64,000 nucleotides of DNA, from positions 452,806 through 516,805 of IMG/VR virus record IMGVR_UViG_3300034072_000758, one strand, 5' to 3'. A model generated the notes under the pieces. That model had not been told where the DNA came from and made no database searches. It saw nothing but the letters and a program-made list of their open reading frames with translations. Positions within the stretch are counted from its first letter, which is position 1. Each line of letters starts with the position of its first letter. The translations under genes were made by a program, and so were the position numbers. Positions 20,205 through 26,839 of the stretch are shown here, one piece after another.

Positions 20205-20336
20205 ATGTTCATCACCAACGAAATGCGCAACTGGCTGAACAGCCAATCAATCCAAGACCTCCGCGATGCCCTGCGGGCCGACATAGGCGATCTGGCTCAG
20301 GTCATCCGCGACGAACTCAATCTGCGGACGGCCTAA
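20205..20336 (+). CDS. Hypothetical protein (43 aa)
   Basis: AAGGAG RBS after TTGACA promoter. Confidence 0.6.
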   Translation: MFITNEMRNWLNSQSIQDLRDALRADIGDLAQVIRDELNLRTA

Positions 20337-20545
20337 TGTTCGACTGGTATCTCGTGAAGCCCGGTCGATATGAAAACGCCGAAAAGACAAGGGCGCTGGT
20401 ATTCTCCGATGACGGTGCCGTCTGGTGGAATGTCCCGGCTGTAAAGACTGGACCGGGATATAACCTTGGTGACATGTGTGGGCCTTACAGAGAGGCCGAA
20501 CACGCTGGGACACTCGATCAAGCGCCGGTTCTCCCACCACTATAA
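20336..20545 (+). CDS. Hypothetical protein
   Basis: TAATG overlap; ends at terminator. Confidence 0.55.
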   Translation: MFDWYLVKPGRYENAEKTRALVFSDDGAVWWNVPAVKTGPGYNLGDMCGPYREAEHAGTLDQAPVLPPL

Positions 20546-20573
20546 AAAAGCCCGCTTCAAGCGGGCTTTTTTT
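20543..20573. terminator. Bidirectional intrinsic terminator
   Basis: AAAAAAGCCCGCT-TCA-AGCGGGCTTTTTT. Confidence 0.85.
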
Positions 20574-21762
20574 AATAATTTGCTAATATGTTTCTATAAT
20601 ATTTTAAATACAAGTTCGAGTTTCCCGAAACGTTATTCATAGTTACAATAATATCCAGATTGTCTATGTAAAACCTCACAAATTCGGTAGCATCAATTGG
20701 TAATGTGACATCACTTAACATGCTTATGGAACGAAGTGCCGAGTCATAATAATAAATCTCGTGTGGCGCACTAGGAGAACTTGAATTTTTCATATTTGTT
20801 ATGATCAAATATTTGTTAGTTCGATTTGATATTTTATGTATATGGCTGTTCCCATTACTTATTATGCTTCTGGTATAATTGTTTATATTGCCCTGTAACG
20901 AACTCGTCTCATCGGTTACAACGGACGTAGAGGGGTTATAAGAAAAATAGGAAAATTGAGGATGCGTTACGCTGCTTGAACCATGATGTAGCAACAATTC
21001 ATTGTTGGCCGGGGATAACATCGCGCGAGACGCAAGGTTACCAGATACAAAGGTATATGGGCTTGTGTATGTTTGTTCATACGTGATGCCGGTAGACGTA
21101 TTGAACTTGAAGAAATATAAATAGCTTCCATTCATATTCCACATCACAAAAGTGTCGTCATTAATCCATTCTACTTCACACACCGCACCAAATGAGCTAT
21201 AACCCGGAATACCGGTAGGCACAGTAATAGTAAAATTAGAAGCCGGGGTCAAAACCGTTACATATACCGTTCCACTAAGAACACTCGCCGTAGCCGCCCA
21301 ATCATTTGTTTTATGCCAACCATTTGCGGTAGTCGTACTCGCAGCCGAGGTAGCATGGTAAATAGAGCGTGATGTCGATGTAGAGGCAAATGGAAATGTT
21401 GTTAACACATCAGAACCACTTACAGTTGTCTGTGGATAACCACCAAAAACCGAGGGTTTATGAAGCGCTCTCGTAAAAGTAAAAGGACCACTACTATAAA
21501 AACCTGATGAATTTGCGGTATCTTTCACATACAAATCGGTCCCGGTATTCAACATAATAGCATATCTTATACCAGACACATAATAGCCGCTCGAAGCAGT
21601 GGTTGTATCTTTTCCGTATGAATACAGGCCATTTACCATTGGTGCTGTACTTGGGTGTACTTTACCATTAAAGCTTACAAAATACGGGGTGTGATCAAAC
21701 CTCGTACTTGAGGTCTGAGCGGGCGATGTACTTTTTCCTTCAACCAAATAATGATACAGCAT
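20572..21762 (-). CDS. Putative tail fibre-associated / receptor-binding protein
   Basis: S/T/Y-rich, AT-rich, translationally coupled to the collagen-like fibre gene. Confidence 0.5.
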   Translation of the reverse strand: MLYHYLVEGKSTSPAQTSSTRFDHTPYFVSFNGKVHPSTAPMVNGLYSYGKDTTTASSGYYVSGIRYAIMLNTGTDLYVKDTANSSGFYSSGPFTFTRALHKPSVFGGYPQTTVSGSDVLTTFPFASTSTSRSIYHATSAASTTTANGWHKTNDWAATASVLSGTVYVTVLTPASNFTITVPTGIPGYSSFGAVCEVEWINDDTFVMWNMNGSYLYFFKFNTSTGITYEQTYTSPYTFVSGNLASRAMLSPANNELLLHHGSSSVTHPQFSYFSYNPSTSVVTDETSSLQGNINNYTRSIISNGNSHIHKISNRTNKYLIITNMKNSSSPSAPHEIYYYDSALRSISMLSDVTLPIDATEFVRFYIDNLDIIVTMNNVSGNSNLYLKYYRNILANY

Positions 21763-23042
21763 TATGAGAAGTTCTTCCCGATCTGGGTTAGAAGATACGT
21801 TAAACCGCCGTCATATGTAAATACAGTGTAAACATCTACCGCACCATTCGACGTGGATTGTGTATACGTAACATTCTGGGGGGTTCTGGCCGATGCTGGC
21901 CATGTTACCGAAAATGCTCCGCCCCCCTGCCGCACCGCAACAATCGCAGTATATGTTCTGGATGTCGAAACCGCATTCGTGAAGGCAAAACTTGTAGCCC
22001 CGGTTAAGGTAATATTATAAAAATAGTTAGCACCTAGATCGAGCGTAACAGTTCCAGACGCACTAGCAACCACCGCAACATTTTCATAAGTTGGCCCCAT
22101 CGGACCTTGAATACCTTGAATGCCCTGAACACCTTGAATACCTTGAACACCTTGAATACCCTGAGCACCAGTATTACCTATAGGGCCTTGTATACCTTGT
22201 ATACCTTGCGGACCTTGTGGTCCTTGCTCACCTCTAACATACCCAGCGTTCCCAATCGATCCATTGGAATATAGAATATTAAGCCAGCCGGTAATCGCGT
22301 TGGCCGAAACAATACCATTACCATATGGACCTGCTGGTCCGGTCGCGCCTTGGTTACCCTGTGGCCCCTGTGGGCCGATCACCGAACCAGCATCAATCGT
22401 CGCTCCCGTTGAGAGAGTCAGAATAAGGCGTCCTGAGCCATTGACCACTGCTGCTGTAACACTGGTCCCACTTGGACCCACCACGGCACCGGCATTGATC
22501 ACGGTTCCAGACGTAAGCGTCAGATAAAGTTGACCGTTCGTAACTGTAGCAGACTGTACACCAACACCATTGGTCCCAGAAGCCCCATCTAAGCCCTTTA
22601 CGTAGCCAGCATTGATCGTGAGGCCGTTGGACATATTAATGAAGAGATCGCCGCTCTGAGCTACGTATGCGCCTTGTACGCCTACACCGTTTTCACCCAC
22701 AACATCACCCACGTCGATGACCGTGTTATCAGTCAAAGTGAAAATCAGATTTTGGTTCAGAATTTGCGCGTTGGAAACGCCGACGCCTTGCGGACCAGCC
22801 TCGCCAGTAGGAACGATCCCGGCATCAATGACTGAGTTATCGGTCATGAGCATCAGAAGATGATTCTCACCGTTTACGTACTCAACGTATACGTTGGCAA
22901 CACCCACCCCACGCGGGCCTTCTGGCCCCATAACAACAGGGATTTTATCGACCACGGCATTAGGTATTATCGTGTCGTTTGTATTGTTGAACATAACTGG
23001 TGGAGTACCACCGGGAAGACGGGCATTGATAATATCTGGCAT
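21762..23042 (-). CDS. Collagen-like tail fibre protein
   Basis: Repeated G-V-x-x-A...L...IDAG-x-V-x-G modules, G-X-Y run, C-terminal WP-containing fibre domain; TAAATA 5 nt upstream. Confidence 0.8.
   Translation of the reverse strand: MPDIINARLPGGTPPVMFNNTNDTIIPNAVVDKIPVVMGPEGPRGVGVANVYVEYVNGENHLLMLMTDNSVIDAGIVPTGEAGPQGVGVSNAQILNQNLIFTLTDNTVIDVGDVVGENGVGVQGAYVAQSGDLFINMSNGLTINAGYVKGLDGASGTNGVGVQSATVTNGQLYLTLTSGTVINAGAVVGPSGTSVTAAVVNGSGRLILTLSTGATIDAGSVIGPQGPQGNQGATGPAGPYGNGIVSANAITGWLNILYSNGSIGNAGYVRGEQGPQGPQGIQGIQGPIGNTGAQGIQGVQGIQGVQGIQGIQGPMGPTYENVAVVASASGTVTLDLGANYFYNITLTGATSFAFTNAVSTSRTYTAIVAVRQGGGAFSVTWPASARTPQNVTYTQSTSNGAVDVYTVFTYDGGLTYLLTQIGKNFS
22098..22229 (-). repeat. Collagen G-X-Y repeat (9-nt period, GIQ/GVQ/GPQ)
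   Basis: ccttgaata/ccttgaaca tandem units. Confidence 0.85.
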
Positions 23043-23147
23043 ACAGATATTTATTCAACAACATGACTTGACAAAATATCAGGCTATGCTATCTTATACT
23101 TGTCCCTCCGCTATTGGGTCGTGTGAACATTCTAGGTAAGTAACACG

Positions 23148-23230
23148 TTCTCATACAGGCTCGCGGTTAAGTCTATGGGTGATCTGAGTGGCCTAAGATG
23201 TATGTGGTTCGATTCCACTATGGGATACCA
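23148..23230 (+). tRNA. Non-canonical tRNA-like element (8/4 acceptor/T geometry, CCA end, anticodon uncertain, possibly CUG)
   Basis: TTCTCATA/TATGGGAT-A-CCA, D stem AGGCT/AGTCT, T stem GTGG/CCAC; weak anticodon stem. Confidence 0.45.
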
Positions 23231-23534
23231 ATTCGCTCAAATGAGCAAACGAATTGTTGTTTAAAGGGTGTATGGAGGCACGTTCTGTCCGAGTGGGGAC
23301 AGAAAGGCGGGGGTTCGAATCCCCGTTGTCCGAATCAGGTGGTGTTTTCGAGGGAGACCTTGGAAATGTGGGTTCGAGTCCCACAGAGACAGAACAACAG
23401 ACCAACGGCGAGAGTTGCGTATCTATAAGTTCAGGCCCGAAAGGGATAGAGTGAAGCTGAGGATGCCGCGAAGGAAGTAAGCGCGGATTCGATGACGCTG
23501 AAACGAATATTACACCCTGACGCTCTCAATGATT

Positions 23535-23568
23535 AGGCCCTCGGACATACCATCCGAGGGCCTTTTTT
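23535..23568 (+). terminator. Intrinsic terminator
   Basis: AGGCCCTCGGA...TCCGAGGGCCT + T-tract. Confidence 0.9.
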
Positions 23569-23899
23569 ATATGTATAGCAACACGTCCATTAAAAGATTA
23601 TCTATACATTCCACCGAGGGCTTGTCCGTGTGCGGGAAATTAGTGTACATCAAACGATTATCATTGAACGTAAATTCATACTTATATTCTTGAATACCAT
23701 TATTTCTAAGCTTATACGTGATGTCATCAATAAAAATCTCCCAAATAAAAACCGAATCAATTTTGTCTATTTCAATACGTTTATACTTATGTCCATAGCC
23801 CTCACGACATTGCGTCCATTTACCCAAGCTCTCTATTTGCTTAAAAGCATTTTCAAGAGACCTGAGTAAATGTCGTTGTTCCTGCGGTGTGTAAATCAT
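23567..23899 (-). CDS. Hypothetical protein (AT-rich)
   Basis: Start re-assigned to the ATG overlapping the K+ channel stop. Confidence 0.6.
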   Translation of the reverse strand: MIYTPQEQRHLLRSLENAFKQIESLGKWTQCREGYGHKYKRIEIDKIDSVFIWEIFIDDITYKLRNNGIQEYKYEFTFNDNRLMYTNFPHTDKPSVECIDNLLMDVLLYI

Positions 23900-24240
23900 T
23901 TCTTTTGAGACCGAATGTATTTCAGAATTTCTTCTTGTTCTTCGTGCGTGAACTCGTTGCGATTCTCGACCATCGTACTGATGATGCGACCGATCAACAA
24001 AGGCATAATGAAAAGAAGAATGACGTGCATCAAGCCAGTCGCAATAAGCCGCCCAGCCAAAGTTGTGGGATACATGTCGCCGTAGCCGACCGTAGAGGCA
24101 GTCACGACGCACCACCAAAGACTATCCCAGAAAGTCTTTCCTTCGGCCCACGAGTAGCCCAGAGCCGCCAGAAACACGATCAATACATACAGAGCAATAA
24201 GCTCACGGATCGTGTTTGTCGCCTTGATCAAATACTTCAT
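23896..24240 (-). CDS. Two-TM potassium channel (KcsA-like)
   Basis: TM-pore-TM with TVGYGDMYP selectivity filter; AAGGAG RBS. Confidence 0.9.
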   Translation of the reverse strand: MKYLIKATNTIRELIALYVLIVFLAALGYSWAEGKTFWDSLWWCVVTASTVGYGDMYPTTLAGRLIATGLMHVILLFIMPLLIGRIISTMVENRNEFTHEEQEEILKYIRSQKK

Positions 24241-24299
24241 ACTATCTCCTTTTCTAATAGAGAAGCGCAGCATACTACTTTTTAATGGAAGCATCAAGA

Positions 24300-24581
24300 T
24301 CAGCCATGACGATATAATGCGTCAGACAACCAACCATCCCAATCATCGAATGGAGGAATGTTGTTGAGATCGACCACGAAGTAACGCATCAGGGCATTAT
24401 CGACTGTGGCTTGCGCTCTGGCCTTCCAAACAGCTTTCGCTTCCTCGGAAGATGGATAGATACCTACCAAGTCGATTTTAGAAACATCTTTGAATTGGAG
24501 AGAATCGACGGAGACCAACTCTCCCCCAATCACCAAATACAACCACTGTCTTGTGTGAAAGCTGTCGGTTTCGTTGGTCAT
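24300..24581 (-). CDS. DUF4170-like protein
   Basis: LYLVIGGEL...FKD...DLVGIYP...AVWKARAQATVDNALMRYFV, a family I recall as alphaproteobacterial. Confidence 0.75.
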   Translation of the reverse strand: MTNETDSFHTRQWLYLVIGGELVSVDSLQFKDVSKIDLVGIYPSSEEAKAVWKARAQATVDNALMRYFVVDLNNIPPFDDWDGWLSDALYRHG

Positions 24582-24608
24582 ATTCCAGTCCTTGTGATCA
24601 AAGTATTT

Positions 24609-24685
24609 TGGCAGGGGTGGAGAGATTCGAACTCCCATCGCGCAGTTTTGGAGACTGCCGCTCTAACCGTTGGAGCTACACCCCT
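24609..24685 (-). tRNA. tRNA-Trp(CCA)
   Basis: Canonical cloverleaf, GCAGT-CT-CCA-AA-ACTGC, encoded CCA. Confidence 0.95.
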
Positions 24686-24697
24686 ATAGGCGATCAA

Positions 24698-24976
24698 TCA
24701 CTTGACCGCAAAGGAAGAAATGAGCTTACAACTCGTTTTTACAAACCCTACATAACGAGGGTCCGAGAAACGGTCGAAGTCATTCAAATAATCGAAGTCC
24801 GCCTTGTCGATTTCATACACATGATATTCGACGGCTGGTGAATGCTGTTCTACAACCGTAAAACTACGGTCGCTTCTCAAGCCACGTTCTTTATCTGCGA
24901 TCTTCACAGCTTCAATCGGCCTTAAGTTATTCGTCAAGGCGACGATATGATTTTGATTCAAAACAGCGGTACGCAT
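24698..24976 (-). CDS. Hypothetical protein
   Basis: AAGGAG RBS; TTGACT promoter-like element near 25023. Confidence 0.7.
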   Translation of the reverse strand: MRTAVLNQNHIVALTNNLRPIEAVKIADKERGLRSDRSFTVVEQHSPAVEYHVYEIDKADFDYLNDFDRFSDPRYVGFVKTSCKLISSFAVK

Positions 24977-25036
24977 ACTATTACTCCTTACCCGACATTA
25001 ATAATTTATTTACATTATCAAAGTCAATTTTATTTT

Positions 25037-25127
25037 TGGAGGACGTGGTGGGACTCGAACCCACGGTGGTCTATGTTACGACAACAGGTTAAGAGCCTGT
25101 CCCTCTCGCCGCTGAGGTGACACGTCC
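25037..25127 (-). tRNA. tRNA-Lys(CUU), long-variable-arm variant
   Basis: ACAGG-CT-CTT-AA-CCTGT; extra arm GTC-GTAACATA-GAC; U73, encoded CCA. Confidence 0.85.
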
Positions 25128-25140
25128 GTATCAAAAATGT

Positions 25141-25220
25141 AGGGAGATCGGGTTCACCACAATCATGCTGGTACACAAGGTCGTCACATGATTAGTAACC
25201 CACTAGGGCATGGCTCCAGC
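25141..25220 (-). ncRNA. Small rod-like structured RNA inside the tRNA array
   Basis: GGAG/CTCC, GGGTT/AACCC and TAATCATG/CATGATTG nested helices. Confidence 0.4.
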
Positions 25221-25221
25221 T

Positions 25222-25297
25222 TGGTGAACACGGTGGGGGTCGAACCCACGACCTACTGATTAAAAGTCAGTTGCTCTACCTACTGAGCTACGTGTTC
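25222..25297 (-). tRNA. tRNA-Lys(UUU)
   Basis: Canonical, ACTGA-CT-TTT-AA-TCAGT, encoded CCA. Confidence 0.95.
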
Positions 25298-25298
25298 G

Positions 25299-25378
25299 TG
25301 CGCCCTGTCGGACTCGAACCGACACTCGTTAGAAGCAGATTTTAAGTCTGCCGGGTCTACCAATTTCCCCAAGGGCGC
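25299..25378 (-). tRNA. tRNA-Leu(UAA)
   Basis: GCAGA-CT-TAA-AA-TCTGC; no CCA, 1-nt spacer to next tRNA. Confidence 0.92.
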
Positions 25379-25428
25379 TTAGGTACTTTTCTTGTAAACA
25401 TCAAAGATGATTTTGGCAACATCTTTGT

Positions 25429-25504
25429 TGGCGAGGATAGAAGGATTCGAACCTCCGACACATGCGTTCGAAGCGCATTGCTCTGTCCACTGAGCTATAT
25501 CCCC
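25429..25504 (-). tRNA. tRNA-Arg(UCG)
   Basis: ATGCG-CT-TCG-AA-CGCAT, encoded CCA. Confidence 0.93.
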
Positions 25505-25505
25505 G

Positions 25506-25590
25506 TGCGCCGAGAGGGATTCGAACCCTCATACCATTACGGTGTCCGTTTTTGAAACGGGTGCGTCTACCAAAGTTCCGCCACCAGCGC
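25506..25590 (-). tRNA. tRNA-Leu(CAA)
   Basis: CCGT-TT-CAA-AA-ACGG, type II arm; no CCA, 1-nt spacer. Confidence 0.9.
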
Positions 25591-25641
25591 ATAGAAAACC
25601 TTTAATATAGATCGTTATCCACATCCATATTAAAGGTTATG

Positions 25642-25725
25642 AGGATGTAGAGGGACTCGAACCCCCGATGGTCTTTTGACAACGGATTAAAAGCCCGTCC
25701 CTCTCGCCGCTGAGGTGATACATCC
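25642..25725 (-). tRNA. tRNA-Lys(UUU), long-variable-arm variant
   Basis: ACGGG-CT-TTT-AA-TCCGT; extra arm GTC-AAAA-GAC; D region identical to 25037-25127. Confidence 0.85.
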
Positions 25726-25740
25726 ATAGTAGTATTTGTT

Positions 25741-25817
25741 TGGAGGACGTGGTGGGACTCGAACCCACAACATTCGGTTTAAGAGACCGACGCTCTAACC
25801 ATTGTAGCTACACGTCC
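25741..25817 (-). tRNA. tRNA-Lys(CUU)
   Basis: TCGGT-CT-CTT-AA-ACCGA, U73, encoded CCA. Confidence 0.93.
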
Positions 25818-25834
25818 GTATCAAACAAATACTG

Positions 25835-25907
25835 CGCGGATCAAGGGACTCGAACCCATAACCCTCTGTTTAGAAGACAGATGCTCGTCCAATTGAGCTT
25901 CATCCGC
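25835..25907 (-). tRNA. tRNA-Arg(UCU)
   Basis: TCTGT-CT-TCT-AA-ACAGA; G7.G66 and T-stem mismatches; no CCA. Confidence 0.85.
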
Positions 25908-25916
25908 ATAGTAGTG

Positions 25917-26002
25917 TGTGCCGAGGGGGACTCGAACCCCCACGCCCATTACAGGCCCCGGTTTCTGAAACCGGGAAGTCTACCAAATTTCATCATCAGC
26001 AC
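25917..26002 (-). tRNA. tRNA-Leu(CAG)
   Basis: CCGGT-TT-CAG-AA-ACCGG, type II arm; no CCA. Confidence 0.9.
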
Positions 26003-26027
26003 GTATGCTCTTTCGAGCAAAGTCTTG

Positions 26028-26107
26028 TACGGGTGAGAGGACTCGAACCTCCACGATTGCTCGCTAGAACCTAAACCTAGTGCGTCTACCAGTTTCGCCA
26101 CACCCGC
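26028..26107 (-). tRNA. tRNA-Leu(UAG)
   Basis: CTAGG-TT-TAG-GT-TCTAG; no CCA. Confidence 0.92.
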
Positions 26108-26108
26108 G

Positions 26109-26181
26109 CACTGCCAGTAGGACTCGAACCTACAACCTTCTGATTCGTAATCAGATGCTCATCCAGTTGAGCTATGGCAGC
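26109..26181 (-). tRNA. tRNA-Arg(ACG)
   Basis: TCTGA-TT-ACG-AA-TCAGA; no CCA, 1-nt spacer. Confidence 0.92.
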
Positions 26182-26189
26182 ATAAAGCA

Positions 26190-26295
26190 ACAAGACGGTG
26201 GGGTTCGAACCCACAACCTTTCGGCTCCGACTTTGACCGCAACGGCTTTTCGCAAACCATTACGTGCGTGTGTATACCCATTCCACCACGCCAAG
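26190..26295 (-). tRNA. Oversized Leu-like tRNA with a hairpin inserted in the anticodon arm
   Basis: Leu-type D arm, variable arm AGCC-GAAA-GGTT and intact T arm; 11-bp hairpin insert; two U.U pairs in acceptor. Confidence 0.6.
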
Positions 26296-26305
26296 TTACT
26301 TCAAG

Positions 26306-26390
26306 TGTCCATGAAAGGATTCGAACCTTCACGCCCATTACAGGCAACAGCCTCTCAAGCTGCCGTGGCTACCAATTACACCACACGGAC
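26306..26390 (-). tRNA. tRNA-Leu(GAG)
   Basis: GCAGC-TT-GAG-AG-GCTGT, type II arm; no CCA. Confidence 0.92.
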
Positions 26391-26399
26391 ATACGCAAG

Positions 26400-26516
26400 T
26401 GCGTTCGGGAGGATTCGAACCTCCAACCTCTATACTCGTTTGATCGTCATCCGACCAGTATAGCGGTATCCAACCCTCTAATGGGCTGGCGTGGCTACCA
26501 ATTTCACCACGAGCGC
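26400..26516 (-). tRNA. Oversized (117 nt) Leu-like tRNA with extended anticodon stem and ~45-nt variable arm
   Basis: GCGCTCG/CGAACGC-A acceptor, Leu-type D arm, CCAGCCC-ATTAGA-GGGTTGG, perfect T arm. Confidence 0.65.
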
Positions 26517-26526
26517 ATATTACGAG

Positions 26527-26601
26527 CGGGACTGGCAGGATTCGAACCTGCGACCTTCGGTTTCGTAGACCGGCGCTCTTATTCCGCTGAGCTACAGTCC
26601 C
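26527..26601 (-). tRNA. tRNA-Arg(ACG), second copy, first gene of the array
   Basis: CGGT-CT-ACG-AA-ACCG; no CCA. Confidence 0.92.
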
Positions 26602-26620
26602 GTAATACTTTGATTCACAA

Positions 26621-26632
26621 TGTAAAAGAACA
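26621..26632 (-). promoter_or_regulatory. boxA-like antitermination element
   Basis: TGTTCTTTTACA, 10/12 match to rrn boxA TGCTCTTTAACA, between attenuator and first tRNA. Confidence 0.6.
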
Positions 26633-26633
26633 T

Positions 26634-26669
26634 AGAAAAACCCCCAAAAGCGTATTGCTCTTGGGGGTT
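26634..26669 (-). terminator. Attenuator terminator of the tRNA operon
   Basis: AACCCCCAAGAGC-AATAC-GCTTTTGGGGGTT followed by TTTCT. Confidence 0.88.
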
Positions 26670-26742
26670 CGATCTTAACCGTTATGTTGTCTGCCTATTT
26701 CATCCGATGAAACGCAGACATGCGCGATTAAACCGTACCCCC
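26663..26742 (-). promoter_or_regulatory. Antiterminator helix (mutually exclusive with the terminator)
   Basis: GGGGGT-A-CGGT-TTAATCG (26742-26725) pairs with CGGTTAA-G-ATCG-A-ACCCCC (26681-26663), enclosing TGTCTGC/GCAGACA and TTTCAT/ATGAAA helices. Confidence 0.8.
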
Positions 26743-26793
26743 TTTCGGGCGGCGGAGCCACTTTCTTAACAGTTTAAGGCGCAGAGCGAACAT
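26728..26793 (-). CDS. Attenuator leader peptide MFALRLKLLRKWLRRPKGGTV
   Basis: AGGA RBS at 26807-26804; codons 4-15 are all Leu/Arg/Lys/Trp; 3' end overlaps the antiterminator 5' strand. Confidence 0.82.
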   Translation of the reverse strand: MFALRLKLLRKWLRRPKGGTV

Positions 26794-26839
26794 AACGAAA
26801 AATTCCTGTGATTTTGGGGCGAAACCCCGTGTGGATTTC

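Larger units (their letters stand above)
23101..23568 (+). ncRNA. Structured non-coding transcript with three T-arm (tRNA-like) modules
   Basis: Promoter TTGACA 23068, terminator 23535-23568; GGTTCGA[AT/TT/GT]CC hairpins near 23204, 23308 and 23368; no credible ORF. Confidence 0.7.

Noticed and set aside
23431-23450. SRP RNA domain IV (CAGG-CCC-GAAA-GGG)
   Set aside because: Conserved AGCA is replaced by ATAG, which pairs better with upstream TCTAT.
23457-23505. Hammerhead ribozyme (CTGAGGA...GAAA)
   Set aside because: Stem II closing pair and stem I/III arrangement do not fit the core.
23200-23520. Permuted two-piece tmRNA
   Set aside because: The CCA-ending stem lacks Ala identity (no GGGGC/TCCACCA with G3.U70), no matching downstream 5' acceptor strand, no convincing tag ORF.
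25401-26678. ORFs called across the tRNA array and across 23193-23480
   Set aside because: They are translations of tRNA/ncRNA sequence.
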